A stretch of DNA of 64,000 nt from a virus: the IMG/VR virus record IMGVR_UViG_3300045049_000079, positions 25,831 to 89,830 of that record; one strand, given 5' to 3'. A program made the translations under genes and the position numbers. Numbering within the stretch: the first letter of the stretch is position 1; each line of letters begins with the position of its first letter. Below the pieces are notes generated by a model. That model worked only from the letters and a program-made list of their open reading frames with translations. It ran no database searches and was not told the DNA's origin. Positions 29,828 through 40,038 of this stretch are shown here, piece by piece.

Positions 29828-31315
29828 ATGGCAGCTAAAAAGCCAAAAGACAATTCGGCTGCTGCTCTAGCGGCTGATGACGGCCAAGCCGTGCCTCGCA
29901 TTTCCCTCGGAGAAAGTGGCTTCGTCGGCCTCCGTACGATTTGGGGGAAAGTTATCGATGATCCGCAGAGAGCGTTTCATTGGCCTAACTTCTATCGCAC
30001 CGTACGGGACATGATGAACGACGCAGTTATTGCGTCCGCCTTCAATACCTACCGAATGCTTCTCTCCCGTGTCACATGGGATGTGCAGCCCCCTGTAGAC
30101 GCCACAGAACAAGAAAAAGAACGCGCAGCATTTATTAAATCCTGCATGGATGACATGGACAGCCTCACTTGGGCAGAGTTCTTGTCTGACGTGATTACAT
30201 ATCTCCCGTATGGTTTTTCCGTGCAAGAGAAAGTCTATCGCCGCCGCCTCTACAAAAACGGCTCGCGCTTCAACGACGGCCTCGTGGGCTTGCGCAAGCT
30301 TTCCCCTCGTGGACAAGACACTATCATTCGCTGGACATTCTCTGAGGATGGGCGCGAACTGCTTGGCTGCGAACAATCCATTGCCAATCTTGAACACGGC
30401 GCGATGTTCATGGATCAAGCTAATGAGCATGGTCTGATTCCTATTAAGCGTGAAAAGTTCCTGCTGTTCCGTGCAGACCCTACAAAGGGCGATCCGACAG
30501 GCAATTCAATCCTGAAGGGGGCATACAAAGCTTGGAAGCAGATGGACATGTTGCGCGACCAAGAACTTCTTGGCGTTGCTAAAGAATCTAATGGTCTTCC
30601 TGTCATCAAGCTCCCGCCTGAATATATGGCAGCAGATGCACCAGACGATATGAAGGCTGTGTACGCCGCTTGTCAGAAGCTGCTTGATACGATTCAAGCG
30701 GGCACTAACAAGGGCATCATCTTCCCTCGCCGCATTGATGAGACAAGCAAAGCTGATCTTTTCGACCTGAGTTTGCTTGAGAAGAAGGGTATCAACGGAG
30801 CTAACATCGATGCTGTTATCAAGCGATATCACAGCGAAATCTACTCTGCACTTGGCGTTGACATCCTTAAAGAAGTCACAGAAATTGGCTCCTTCAGCCT
30901 TGCTGATTCTGATACCAATCTTGTGTCTCTTATGATGAGCCATCGTCTTAACGAGATTGCTGATGTTCTCAACAACGACCTTATCCCGCAGTTATTTAGT
31001 TTGAATGGCTGGAGTCTGGAACGTCTGCCTAAATTTGTTCATGGTGATATCTCTGAAATGTCTGCTGATGAACTTGGCAAGCTCCTGCAACGCACTGGCT
31101 CGATTGGTTTGATTGCTAAGGACATCGCTACGGTTAATCGTCTGCGTAAAGCTTATGGTGTTACTGAGCTTCCTGATGATACTAAGATTGATGACATTGA
31201 GTTTACGATGGAATCTAGTAACTCTGGCGAAGGCATGCAAACACCCTACGATGGAACCGCGAAGAAGCCTACAAAGAAAGATAGTAGCACAGGTAACAAT
31301 GAAAATGCCGCATAA
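29828..31315 (+). CDS. portal protein
   Basis: position after TerL, 495 aa, YGFS..EKVY, P.G.S.L...Y..W, GLPV. Confidence 0.88.
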   Translation: MAAKKPKDNSAAALAADDGQAVPRISLGESGFVGLRTIWGKVIDDPQRAFHWPNFYRTVRDMMNDAVIASAFNTYRMLLSRVTWDVQPPVDATEQEKERAAFIKSCMDDMDSLTWAEFLSDVITYLPYGFSVQEKVYRRRLYKNGSRFNDGLVGLRKLSPRGQDTIIRWTFSEDGRELLGCEQSIANLEHGAMFMDQANEHGLIPIKREKFLLFRADPTKGDPTGNSILKGAYKAWKQMDMLRDQELLGVAKESNGLPVIKLPPEYMAADAPDDMKAVYAACQKLLDTIQAGTNKGIIFPRRIDETSKADLFDLSLLEKKGINGANIDAVIKRYHSEIYSALGVDILKEVTEIGSFSLADSDTNLVSLMMSHRLNEIADVLNNDLIPQLFSLNGWSLERLPKFVHGDISEMSADELGKLLQRTGSIGLIAKDIATVNRLRKAYGVTELPDDTKIDDIEFTMESSNSGEGMQTPYDGTAKKPTKKDSSTGNNENAA

Positions 31316-31323
31316 AGGACAAT

Positions 31324-32160
31324 ATGAACAAACATAAACTTCTGCGGCTTACCGCTTCTTTGCGCAACCGTCCGCATCTTATCTCGAAAGAGGCATTCCA
31401 AGAAATCGAAACAGTGCTTGACGCTCGTAACGCCGGAATGCTCACACTTCCGCAAGAGCCACAACCAGAGGACGACGAAGACGAACTCAGCACTGCTGGA
31501 GACATTGGTGTTATCTCGATTCGTGGACCTCTTACCTACCGCACGACTGGTTGGGAAGGTTTGTGCGGAGGCTTCTCCTACGAGATGCTTCTCGACCAAG
31601 CAGAAGACATGATAGAAGCTGGCGTTAAGGACATTGTGCTTGATGTTGATTCTGGTGGGGGCGAAGCATACGGTTGCTTTGAGGTAACAGATGAACTCCG
31701 TAAGATGTGTGATGCTGCTGGTGTGAGGCTGACTGGCTACATCGACGGTTCTGCATGTTCTGCTGCTTACGCAATCATCTGCGCTTGCGACGAAGTGGTT
31801 ATCAACCCTTTCGCACAGGCAGGCAGCATTGGCGTCCTCATTGCCCTCTACAACGATAGCAAAGCGCTTGAGCAAGCTGGTATCCAGCGTACGTTCGTTA
31901 CGGATGGTACTGACAAAGTTCCTTTCGCTGATGACGGCTCGTGGCGCGAAGGTTTCCTTGCAGACTTGCAAGCGCGTGTTGCAGAACTTGGCGATGCCTT
32001 CCGTGCTCATGTGTCTAAGTACACCGGTTTGTCTGTGAAGGATATCAAGGATACGCAAGCACGAGTGTACAGCGCACAAGATGCCCTGTCAATCGGTTTG
32101 GTCAACAAAATTATGACTCGCTCAGATTTCGTGGATTACATCACTAACGAAAAGGATTAA
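31324..32160 (+). CDS. S49 family prohead protease
   Basis: LDVDSGGG, ACSAAY, GSIGV. Confidence 0.9.
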   Translation: MNKHKLLRLTASLRNRPHLISKEAFQEIETVLDARNAGMLTLPQEPQPEDDEDELSTAGDIGVISIRGPLTYRTTGWEGLCGGFSYEMLLDQAEDMIEAGVKDIVLDVDSGGGEAYGCFEVTDELRKMCDAAGVRLTGYIDGSACSAAYAIICACDEVVINPFAQAGSIGVLIALYNDSKALEQAGIQRTFVTDGTDKVPFADDGSWREGFLADLQARVAELGDAFRAHVSKYTGLSVKDIKDTQARVYSAQDALSIGLVNKIMTRSDFVDYITNEKD

Positions 32161-32162
32161 AG

Positions 32163-32723
32163 ATGCTGGACGCACTTAAGAAGAAGTTGGGCATTAAGCC
32201 TGTAACCCCGGAGGCTTCGCAAGAAGTCACAACTACAGGCGCTCTGCCTGAACAAGAAAAGGAAGAAACGATGAGTGTAGAACAGACTCAAGGAATTGAG
32301 CTTGCTGCGCACGAAGCCATCGTAGCTCAACTTGCTGAACTTACTGCTGAACTGGCAGAGGTTAAAGCTGGCGCTGAAGCTATGAAAGCCGAGTACGAAG
32401 AAAAACTGTCGGCATATGCTGCTGCTGAAGCACAAGCAAAAGCTGATGCGCTGGCTGCAAAAATGAATGCACGCAAAGAAAAAGCGGAAGCTGCTATGGG
32501 CACCGAGAAAGCTGTTGCGTTTATGGCTGCTACTGAACAAATGGACGAATCGCAGTTTGAGTCGTTCCTTGCAATTTTCAACACCAATGCTACTGCCGAG
32601 GCAAAGAGTGAGATGTTCCAAGAAGTCGGCGTTGAGACTAAGGCAGACGCTAAAGAGGAGCCGAAAGTCGAACATTTTAATAAATATATCCCTAAGAAAT
32701 CCGCTAAGAAGGAATCGAAATAA
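32163..32723 (+). CDS. capsid scaffolding protein
   Basis: Ala/Glu/Lys-rich coiled coil between protease and capsid genes. Confidence 0.65.
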   Translation: MLDALKKKLGIKPVTPEASQEVTTTGALPEQEKEETMSVEQTQGIELAAHEAIVAQLAELTAELAEVKAGAEAMKAEYEEKLSAYAAAEAQAKADALAAKMNARKEKAEAAMGTEKAVAFMAATEQMDESQFESFLAIFNTNATAEAKSEMFQEVGVETKADAKEEPKVEHFNKYIPKKSAKKESK

Positions 32724-33118
32724 TGACTAAACTGGCTACTCGTGGCAATAAACTCTCGGGCGTACTGGCCTTTGAAGAAATGCCGGACAAAGGTGTCTGC
32801 CGCCGTGCTGTGACTGTTACCGTTGCGGCCGGTATGGATGTTGGAGCTGTTCTGCAATTTGACGGTACGAGCAAATATAAATGGGTTGCTAACGCTGACG
32901 TTGCAACACTGAATTCTGACGTTGTTGTGCTGATTGAGAGCGTGCTGGATGTCCCGTCGCTGACTCCCGGCGATTACACACTGGTGGTTCTGCGCACCGG
33001 GCATGCTGGCGTTGTGGATAAAGGTTTGCTTTATAAGGATACCGTCACTTCGGCTAACCAAGCTATCGTTCAAGCAGCCCTTAAAGCTAAAAATATTCAC
33101 GTCCGTACTGGCGTCTAA
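32723..33118 (+). CDS. head decoration protein
   Basis: size, position before the MCP, C-terminal ALKAKNI. Confidence 0.7.
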   Translation: MTKLATRGNKLSGVLAFEEMPDKGVCRRAVTVTVAAGMDVGAVLQFDGTSKYKWVANADVATLNSDVVVLIESVLDVPSLTPGDYTLVVLRTGHAGVVDKGLLYKDTVTSANQAIVQAALKAKNIHVRTGV

Positions 33119-33137
33119 TAAATAAAGGAACACTCTC

Positions 33138-34190
33138 ATGAGCATGACTATTCGCGACTACTTCTCGTCGTTTAAAAACGCGGACTTCGTTGATTCGATT
33201 TCGCAAATCCCCCTGCAAGCTGGCTACATTAATAGCCAAAATCTGTTCTCGACTAAATCGACAAACCAACTGGCTGTCGTTTTTGATCGCGATTACGCAA
33301 ACATCACCCTGCTCCCGCAAGTGAATCGTGGTGCAAAAGCATCTACGGATAACCATGAGCGCAAAGTAGATACCTTCGCTTTGAAACTGGCATACTTCAA
33401 GCACGAAGATCGCCTGACGAACGAAGATATCCAAAGCTGGCGTGCTCCGGGCTCGACCGATTCGGAAACGTATGGCCGTGCTACCGCAGAGAAAATGACC
33501 GACATGGCGCGTGCATGGCAGCAGACTCAAGAGTATATGAAGCTGCGCGCTCTGCAAGGTCAATTCAAGACGCCCGATGGTGTTGTTGTTGCCGATATGT
33601 ACAATGAATTCGGTATCACGCAGCAAACCATTGACTTCACTCTTGGCACTTCGACCACAAACGTTGACTCGGTTATTCGTCAACTGAAAAAGGCGGTTGC
33701 AACCAACGTTATGAACGGTGGCGCAATCGGTGGTGTTAAGGTTCTTGTCGATGCTACATTCTTTGATAAGCTTATCAGCCACCCGGCCATCAAGAACGCC
33801 TACCAGTTCTTCATGGCTAACGGTGCTGGCAACCAAGCACTGCGTGACGACCTGACGACCTACGAACAGTGGGGCATCATGGACCACTTCACGCACCGTG
33901 GTATCACGTTCGTGTCGTATGACTTCACGTTCAATCTGCCAAACGGCACTACTGAACTGGCATTTGCTGACAGCACTGGCATCGCGTATGCTGACGGTGT
34001 TCGTGACCTGTTCCGTGGCTACTGCGGACCTTCGGCAAAACTTAGTGAGGCCAATCAACCCGGCCAAGAAATCTTCGTCCGCAATTACGTCGATCCGAAG
34101 GATGAGTATGTTGAGTTTGAAATGGAAGCATCGCCGCTCTATTTCTGCACCCGTCCGGCATCGTTGATTAAAGTTGTGTCGAGCAACTAA
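33138..34190 (+). CDS. major capsid protein (lambda E-like)
   Basis: T.EY....AL.G, LISHP, E.SPL....RP motifs; strong codon bias. Confidence 0.9.
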   Translation: MSMTIRDYFSSFKNADFVDSISQIPLQAGYINSQNLFSTKSTNQLAVVFDRDYANITLLPQVNRGAKASTDNHERKVDTFALKLAYFKHEDRLTNEDIQSWRAPGSTDSETYGRATAEKMTDMARAWQQTQEYMKLRALQGQFKTPDGVVVADMYNEFGITQQTIDFTLGTSTTNVDSVIRQLKKAVATNVMNGGAIGGVKVLVDATFFDKLISHPAIKNAYQFFMANGAGNQALRDDLTTYEQWGIMDHFTHRGITFVSYDFTFNLPNGTTELAFADSTGIAYADGVRDLFRGYCGPSAKLSEANQPGQEIFVRNYVDPKDEYVEFEMEASPLYFCTRPASLIKVVSSN

Positions 34191-34199
34191 AGAAACATG

Positions 34200-34224
34200 A
34201 CCCTCTTCGGAGGGTTTAAATTTC
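34200..34224 (+). terminator. terminator after the MCP gene
   Basis: ACCCTC-TTCG-GAGGGT plus T-rich tail. Confidence 0.7.
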
Positions 34225-34286
34225 TTGACTTTGTGAGCTTCTTATTGTACAATAGTAATATTGAGGCTCACAATATAAGGGAATTT

Positions 34287-35207
34287 ATGACTAAGGCTCT
34301 AACCCAGGAAGAGTTTATCAAGAAGGCGAAGATGGTTCACGGAGACGCCTATTCATATGATAAAACAAATTACATCCGCTCTAATCTAAAAATTATTGTT
34401 ACTTGTCCCAAAGAGGGGCATGGTGATTGGGAAGTAACTCCAAACAATCATTTGAAGAGAAAATGCCCTAAGTGCGCATGCACCTTCACAAATGCAAAAG
34501 AGGCATTCTTGCCAAAAGCAAGTGCACAGTTTGGTGATTTATATGATTATTCAGAGGTTGTCTACACGCGCTCTACAGAAAAAGTGAAAATCAAGTGTCA
34601 CGAGCACGGCTTCTTTTATGTCACCCCATCTAACCACTTGAACGGTTTTGGTTGTGCCAAGTGCAGCTATGAACGAATGGCTAAGAAAAAGACAAAAAGT
34701 CTTGAAGAGTATATCACCGAAGTGCAAGCTGTTCACGGAGATAGGTATGGACTTGACAAGATATCCTACTCTCACTGCTTTGACAAAGTCACCATCATTT
34801 GTCACGAACACGGGGAATTTAGCGCACTGGCGAACTCTTTTCTGCAAGGGCACGGATGCCCTTCTTGCATGGAAGGCGGGTTCAATCAGATGAAAGCTGG
34901 GTCGTTATACGTGATGACAGATGGAGACATTTGCAAAATTGGCATCACAAACCAATCAGCAGCGATACGTGCAGAGCACATCAACAAAATGTCGAAATTA
35001 TCGTTTTCTTCTGTATTTGAGAAGAGGTTTGAAGACGGCTCTGTCCCTTTAAACATCGAGACGATTCTACTGCGAGAACTTCGTGCAAAGTATAAATCTA
35101 TTGAAATGAAATTCAATGGCAGTTCTGAGTGCTTCTACTGCGTAGATATATCTGCTCTCCTGTCCAGAATAGAAGAACTAATAAAGGAACTAAATGCCCA
35201 TTATTGA
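34287..35207 (+). CDS. putative homing endonuclease (DUF723-like zinc repeats plus GIY-YIG-like domain)
   Basis: three HG..Y.Y / C..HG / CP.C repeats, KIGIT, G.SECF; own promoter TTGACT-17-TACAAT at 34225-34253. Confidence 0.7.
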   Translation: MTKALTQEEFIKKAKMVHGDAYSYDKTNYIRSNLKIIVTCPKEGHGDWEVTPNNHLKRKCPKCACTFTNAKEAFLPKASAQFGDLYDYSEVVYTRSTEKVKIKCHEHGFFYVTPSNHLNGFGCAKCSYERMAKKKTKSLEEYITEVQAVHGDRYGLDKISYSHCFDKVTIICHEHGEFSALANSFLQGHGCPSCMEGGFNQMKAGSLYVMTDGDICKIGITNQSAAIRAEHINKMSKLSFSSVFEKRFEDGSVPLNIETILLRELRAKYKSIEMKFNGSSECFYCVDISALLSRIEELIKELNAHY

Positions 35208-35661
35208 TCTTACCTCCCCTGTCGGTAAGCTGCGCTACCGTCTTGGTGATTATCTTGATATCCCACGCCTTCCTGATGAAGTGTATGAAAGCGCCTTGAC
35301 GGATACCAACAACAATCTTCGCGCAGCAACAATCTTGTGTGGGCAGTACATTCTTGCTGGGCTTGCATTTGACACTCAGCAGAAAATGGGCATCGTTGAA
35401 GTGTATGGTCAGCAAGCCTTTAACCAATATCTTCAGTTCTTGAAGCTTGTTATCAAAGAGCCGGCTCTTAATCACACTTGCCCAATCCCCTACGTTGCTG
35501 GTGCAGATGAACTTCATCCTATTCTGCAATTCAAAGAGGACTTCACTAACGCGCAGAATCGCCCAACTTCAGACGAGCGACTTCACCAAATTGCTATTGG
35601 CCCCTTTGATCCTTACAGTGGAGATGTGGCTAATCTTGCACCTCCTGAGATTCCATCATGA
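35194..35661 (+). CDS. head-tail adaptor protein
   Basis: position; LRYRLGD...L.D..Y motif. Confidence 0.6.
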   Translation: MPIIDLTSPVGKLRYRLGDYLDIPRLPDEVYESALTDTNNNLRAATILCGQYILAGLAFDTQQKMGIVEVYGQQAFNQYLQFLKLVIKEPALNHTCPIPYVAGADELHPILQFKEDFTNAQNRPTSDERLHQIAIGPFDPYSGDVANLAPPEIPS

Positions 35662-36056
35662 TTACAGGATTTGACAGGGTTGTTGCCAATATGGTGAATA
35701 AATTCGGCACAACGGCATACGTTAGTGTAGCCGTCTCTGAAGTTTATGACCCACTCACATCGGAAAACGTCGTCACTTATCAGGACTACCCCGTCAACGC
35801 AATGTTGTTCGATTACGTGCGTAAGAATGAAGGTGAGGGTGAAGCACAAAACACTCTCATCAGAACAGGTGACAAACAAGTGTACATTCAGCCTCCGCAG
35901 AAGACTGATATTGGCCTAGCACTGCCTCACCTCTCTGCAAATAGGGACTTCTTCAAGATTAATGACAAGATTTATAAGATTGTCACAGTGAAGCAATTGA
36001 ACCCGTCGCAGCAACAAGTTAACTGCATTTTGTACGAACTGTACATCCGTGAATAA
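35658..36056 (+). CDS. head closure/stopper protein
   Basis: FG, YDP.T, I..GDK, LY.LYIR motifs. Confidence 0.65.
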   Translation: MITGFDRVVANMVNKFGTTAYVSVAVSEVYDPLTSENVVTYQDYPVNAMLFDYVRKNEGEGEAQNTLIRTGDKQVYIQPPQKTDIGLALPHLSANRDFFKINDKIYKIVTVKQLNPSQQQVNCILYELYIRE

Positions 36057-36079
36057 ACAACAAATTAAAGGAAATAGAA

Positions 36080-36523
36080 ATGGCTGCTTGGACAGATTAC
36101 GCTGAAAATAAAATTGTTGACGCGGTGTTCCGTGGTCAACCTCTTAACGCACCTGCAACATTCTATGCTGCGTTGCTCACCACTGCTGACAACGACGCTG
36201 GTACGGCCCGTGTGGAAGTGTCTGGTGGCTCCTACGCTCGTGTAGCTATTACTTCCTCGCTTGCTAACTGGGCTGGCACGCAAGGCGCTGGTACGACGGT
36301 TGCTTCGACAGGCGCTTCGGGAACTACTTCTAATAACATCGCTATTCAATTCCCAGCACCCACAGCTAACTGGGGTACGGTTGTCGGTATGAGCCTTTTT
36401 GATGCTGCAACAGGTGGCAATGAATGGGTGTACGGAGCACTTGCAACGCCTAAAACTATCAACAGTGGCGATGGCGCCCCTTCGTTCACAATTGGCTCGC
36501 TGTCGATTCAAATTGATAACTAA
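36080..36523 (+). CDS. virion fibre/appendage protein
   Basis: Y.EN, EVSGGSYAR, FPAPTANWGTV, DAATGGN motifs of a widespread phage fibre family. Confidence 0.65.
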   Translation: MAAWTDYAENKIVDAVFRGQPLNAPATFYAALLTTADNDAGTARVEVSGGSYARVAITSSLANWAGTQGAGTTVASTGASGTTSNNIAIQFPAPTANWGTVVGMSLFDAATGGNEWVYGALATPKTINSGDGAPSFTIGSLSIQIDN

Positions 36524-36533
36524 GAGGTGATCC

Positions 36534-38567
36534 ATGCAATTCTATGATCGCCTAAAGTTTACTACAACAGGTACAAGCGCTGCAAGTCTTTCTGACGGTA
36601 CTGCTGTGCTTGGTTGCCGGAACATTGCTAAGGTTATTACTGACACTGCTGGGCAAGTTAATGCCCTTCTGGTCACTGCACAAAACGTCCCCTTTACGAT
36701 TGAAGACGGTACAGGTAAGTGGGAAGATTCGTTGTTTAATCTTGGTGGTACTGCTGCTTCCCCTACTTTGACGCGCGTTCAGGTGTTGGCAAGTTCTGCT
36801 GGCGGCACAACGCCTGAGACATTTACGGGCGCAACGCTGACAGTGTTCAACACGGTGCCGGGCAAGATTCTTTCCTGCATCCCTGTTGATAGCTTTCCTA
36901 CGACATTTTCTACGACCGTTCCGCTGACGCAAATCGGCACGGCTCACATGCCTCGCTACACAGTGGCAGGCAATTTGACATTCACTGCTGCTGCCAATGC
37001 TGTGCGCGGAGCGTTTGCAGAATACCCGATGATTTCGGATGGTGCAAGCACGCTTGTTATGTCTAACTTTGTTGAGCATGAAAGTTCAACAGGAGTCCCC
37101 ACAGCAGCCGGTGTTCCGTTCACTCTGATGTTCTGGAATGATGGCTATACATATTGGTGGAGCGGCAGCAAAGCTGCATACCAAGGCACCGACACGATTG
37201 CTCCGGTTATGGCTGGTACGCTGTCGTCGTCAGCAATTACTACTTCTGGATTCACTCTCTCGTGGTCTGCTGCGAGCGATAACGTTGCTGTTACTGGCTA
37301 TGAAGTTAGCACTAACGGCGGCTCGACCTATACAAACGTTGGTGGCGTTCTTACGTGGACCGCTACGGGACTTACGGCAAATACAGCATACTCGTGCGCA
37401 GTCCGTGCATACGACGCTGCCAATAATAAAGCAGCCCCGATCACTGCCACAGTGACAACTGCGCAGGTTGCGGATAGTACACCGCCTGTTATGACAGGTT
37501 CGTTGAGTACAAGCAGCATCAATCAGAGTGGATTTACTGTAAGCTGGTCTGCTGCAACTGACAACGTTGGTGTCACAGGCTATGAAGTTAGCGTCAATGG
37601 TGGTTCGAGCTACACTGACGTTGGCAACGTTCTGACGGTTACGGAAACAAATCTGGCAGCAGGAACAACGTATCAAATTGCAGTTCGTGCATATGATGCT
37701 GCAAACAACAAAGCTACTCCGCTGACGACAAGTGTAACTACTTCCGCTGCCACTGCTCCGAATGCCCCTACTATTGGTGCAGCATCGCCGGGTGACACTC
37801 AAGCAACTGTCACGTGGACGGCACCTACTAACAATGGCGGTAGTGCGATTACTGGATACACAATTACGTCCACGCCGGGCAACATCACTGCTACAGCAGC
37901 AGCCGGAGCAACTTCTGGCACTGTCACTGGCCTAACTAACGGAACATCTTACACGTTCACTGTCCACGCAACTAACGCAATTGGTAACTCGCCTGAATCG
38001 GCGGCATCCAACAGTGTTACTCCCGCAGCGGCTGCAACGAACGTCCGCCTTAATCGTGTGATTCAAAACTGTACTGAATCGTCCGGTACACCGTGGAAGT
38101 ACACCGGTGCAGGCGGAAGCGGCACAGACGGTACGGTTGGTGCAGTGTCGATGGTGAGTAAACCTAGCGGTGTGAATGGTGCAGCAATCTTCAAGGTTGA
38201 ATCTGTTGCTAACGGATTTATGGTGCAGATTGGCACAGGCAACACTGTTAATGCTTACTCTAACAATGATTGTATCTGGAACAACGCTGGAACATATGCG
38301 GTTATCCCTTCTGGTGGCAGTGTTGCATCGCCGCTCCAGAATACGGTTACTGCGGCAACAGGTGACTGGCTGAAGATTGAGCATACCAATGCCAACACCG
38401 CTGCTGACTTTACGGTTACAACTGTCTGGAGTGTGTCGAAAGATAACGGCAACACTTGGACGCAGCTTTACACGAAGAACAATGGTCGTCTGCTGGCATA
38501 CTATGCAAAAGTTGTTCCTGCCGGTGCATCGGTTCTTAGCTGCCTCTCGGCAACAGGGTACGCATAA
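36534..38567 (+). CDS. virion protein with three fibronectin type III domains
   Basis: SWSAA.DNV.VTGYEV ... VRAYDAANN twice; TWTAP..NGGSAITGY. Confidence 0.8.
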   Translation: MQFYDRLKFTTTGTSAASLSDGTAVLGCRNIAKVITDTAGQVNALLVTAQNVPFTIEDGTGKWEDSLFNLGGTAASPTLTRVQVLASSAGGTTPETFTGATLTVFNTVPGKILSCIPVDSFPTTFSTTVPLTQIGTAHMPRYTVAGNLTFTAAANAVRGAFAEYPMISDGASTLVMSNFVEHESSTGVPTAAGVPFTLMFWNDGYTYWWSGSKAAYQGTDTIAPVMAGTLSSSAITTSGFTLSWSAASDNVAVTGYEVSTNGGSTYTNVGGVLTWTATGLTANTAYSCAVRAYDAANNKAAPITATVTTAQVADSTPPVMTGSLSTSSINQSGFTVSWSAATDNVGVTGYEVSVNGGSSYTDVGNVLTVTETNLAAGTTYQIAVRAYDAANNKATPLTTSVTTSAATAPNAPTIGAASPGDTQATVTWTAPTNNGGSAITGYTITSTPGNITATAAAGATSGTVTGLTNGTSYTFTVHATNAIGNSPESAASNSVTPAAAATNVRLNRVIQNCTESSGTPWKYTGAGGSGTDGTVGAVSMVSKPSGVNGAAIFKVESVANGFMVQIGTGNTVNAYSNNDCIWNNAGTYAVIPSGGSVASPLQNTVTAATGDWLKIEHTNANTAADFTVTTVWSVSKDNGNTWTQLYTKNNGRLLAYYAKVVPAGASVLSCLSATGYA

Positions 38568-39256
38568 TGCAGTCTACAATTATTGGCACTCCCCACTTGA
38601 AGTTTAATGACCCTTCTAAATTTAATGTAGTTTGTGATGGCAATTCTTTGACGGCAGGTAATGGAGGGGGTGGCAATCCATACCCCTCTCTGTTGGCGTC
38701 AATGAGTCCTCTAAACGGGAAAAGTACGGTCACTAATACGGGCGTAAGTGGCAACACAACTCAACAGATGACTGCTGCCGCTCGTCCAGACCCTTACTGG
38801 GTTGCTGGCAAAACTAACATTCTGGTTGTATGGGAAGGTACAAACAGTATTGCGCCTGCTGGTGGCAACGTAACTCCTCAACAGGCGGCTACTGATATGC
38901 AGAACTACATTTCCGCACGCTTGGCCCTCCACCCGTGGTTAGTGGTACTTGTGAACTGCCTACCTCGTCAAGAGTCTTCGCAATCGGCCTCGTTCACTCT
39001 GAACAACAAGCTCAATACGTATAACACCCTCCTAGCAGCGAACTACAAAACATGGGGGGCCAAAGTATTAGTAGATGTTCGTCAAGCTGGCAGTCCTTTT
39101 GCATTTACAGACTACACCGATGCGGCTTTCACAACTGCATTCAACACAGGGCTGTGGGCGTCCAGTGATACGCCCCATATTCACTTGAGCGGGTACGGCT
39201 ACAACAAAATTGCACAGATGGTGGCAGCGGGCCTCAAACAGTTGCCCATTAGGTAA
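38567..39256 (+). CDS. SGNH/GDSL hydrolase (esterase/deacetylase)
   Basis: DGNSLT, GVSG, EGTN, HL...GY blocks. Confidence 0.75.
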   Translation: MQSTIIGTPHLKFNDPSKFNVVCDGNSLTAGNGGGGNPYPSLLASMSPLNGKSTVTNTGVSGNTTQQMTAAARPDPYWVAGKTNILVVWEGTNSIAPAGGNVTPQQAATDMQNYISARLALHPWLVVLVNCLPRQESSQSASFTLNNKLNTYNTLLAANYKTWGAKVLVDVRQAGSPFAFTDYTDAAFTTAFNTGLWASSDTPHIHLSGYGYNKIAQMVAAGLKQLPIR

Positions 39257-39265
39257 GGATAAGAT

Positions 39266-40018
39266 ATGCCAGCATTTAACGCTATAGGTGTGAATGCTAT
39301 CGGGACAGCTACAGGCAATAGTGCTGCAAGCGCTGCTTTAAGCTGTATCGCGACAGCATCTTCCACAGTAACAACAAACTTAACAACCGCCATCAGGCTT
39401 GGTGCAACTGTAGCGGCATCTGCGGCAATTACTGCTTCTTTGGCCGCTGGTGGTGCAAGATTTATAGCAAACCCTGCTTCGACTTCAACCGCTTCAGCAA
39501 ACCTTGCTACACAAATCTTAATGCAGGCTAATGCCTCGTCCTACCCAGTGCTTTCGGCAAATCTGGCAACGCAAATTTTGATGCAAGCCGGTTTGCACTT
39601 AACTGCTGCGGTGAATGCTGATTTAACTCCCGGACAAGCTGCGCCAAATTTCACGCCAAGCGCAGCTAGGACGATTTTTGTTATGGCATCGTCACCTGTG
39701 TTCACAGGTAGCAAGTGGTGGAATCTGACGGATACTAAGAAGCCTAGGGGGCTGAAAGACCCTAATGCCACTATCGATATTACGTTTGATTGGTCAGACT
39801 GGCTTAATGACATTGGCCCTGCAATCATTTCAGATGTGACTTTCACAGTAGTTGGTACGGATACTGCCCAAGTGTTCCACGACAATACAACGGCTACTAT
39901 CTTCCTGTCAGGAGGTGTCAATGGAAATCCTTCCACAGTGGCATGTAAAATCCAAACAAACACAACACCGTCGCGCACTGATGAACGTACCGTGTACATT
40001 GATATTGCTGACGAATAA
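39266..40018 (+). CDS. fibre adaptor protein with Ala-rich repeats and C-terminal KDP...DW domain
   Basis: ANLATQILMQA repeat; C-terminus paralogous to 42923-45739. Confidence 0.6.
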   Translation: MPAFNAIGVNAIGTATGNSAASAALSCIATASSTVTTNLTTAIRLGATVAASAAITASLAAGGARFIANPASTSTASANLATQILMQANASSYPVLSANLATQILMQAGLHLTAAVNADLTPGQAAPNFTPSAARTIFVMASSPVFTGSKWWNLTDTKKPRGLKDPNATIDITFDWSDWLNDIGPAIISDVTFTVVGTDTAQVFHDNTTATIFLSGGVNGNPSTVACKIQTNTTPSRTDERTVYIDIADE

Positions 40019-40038
40019 CATACGAAGCGAGGGTAACA

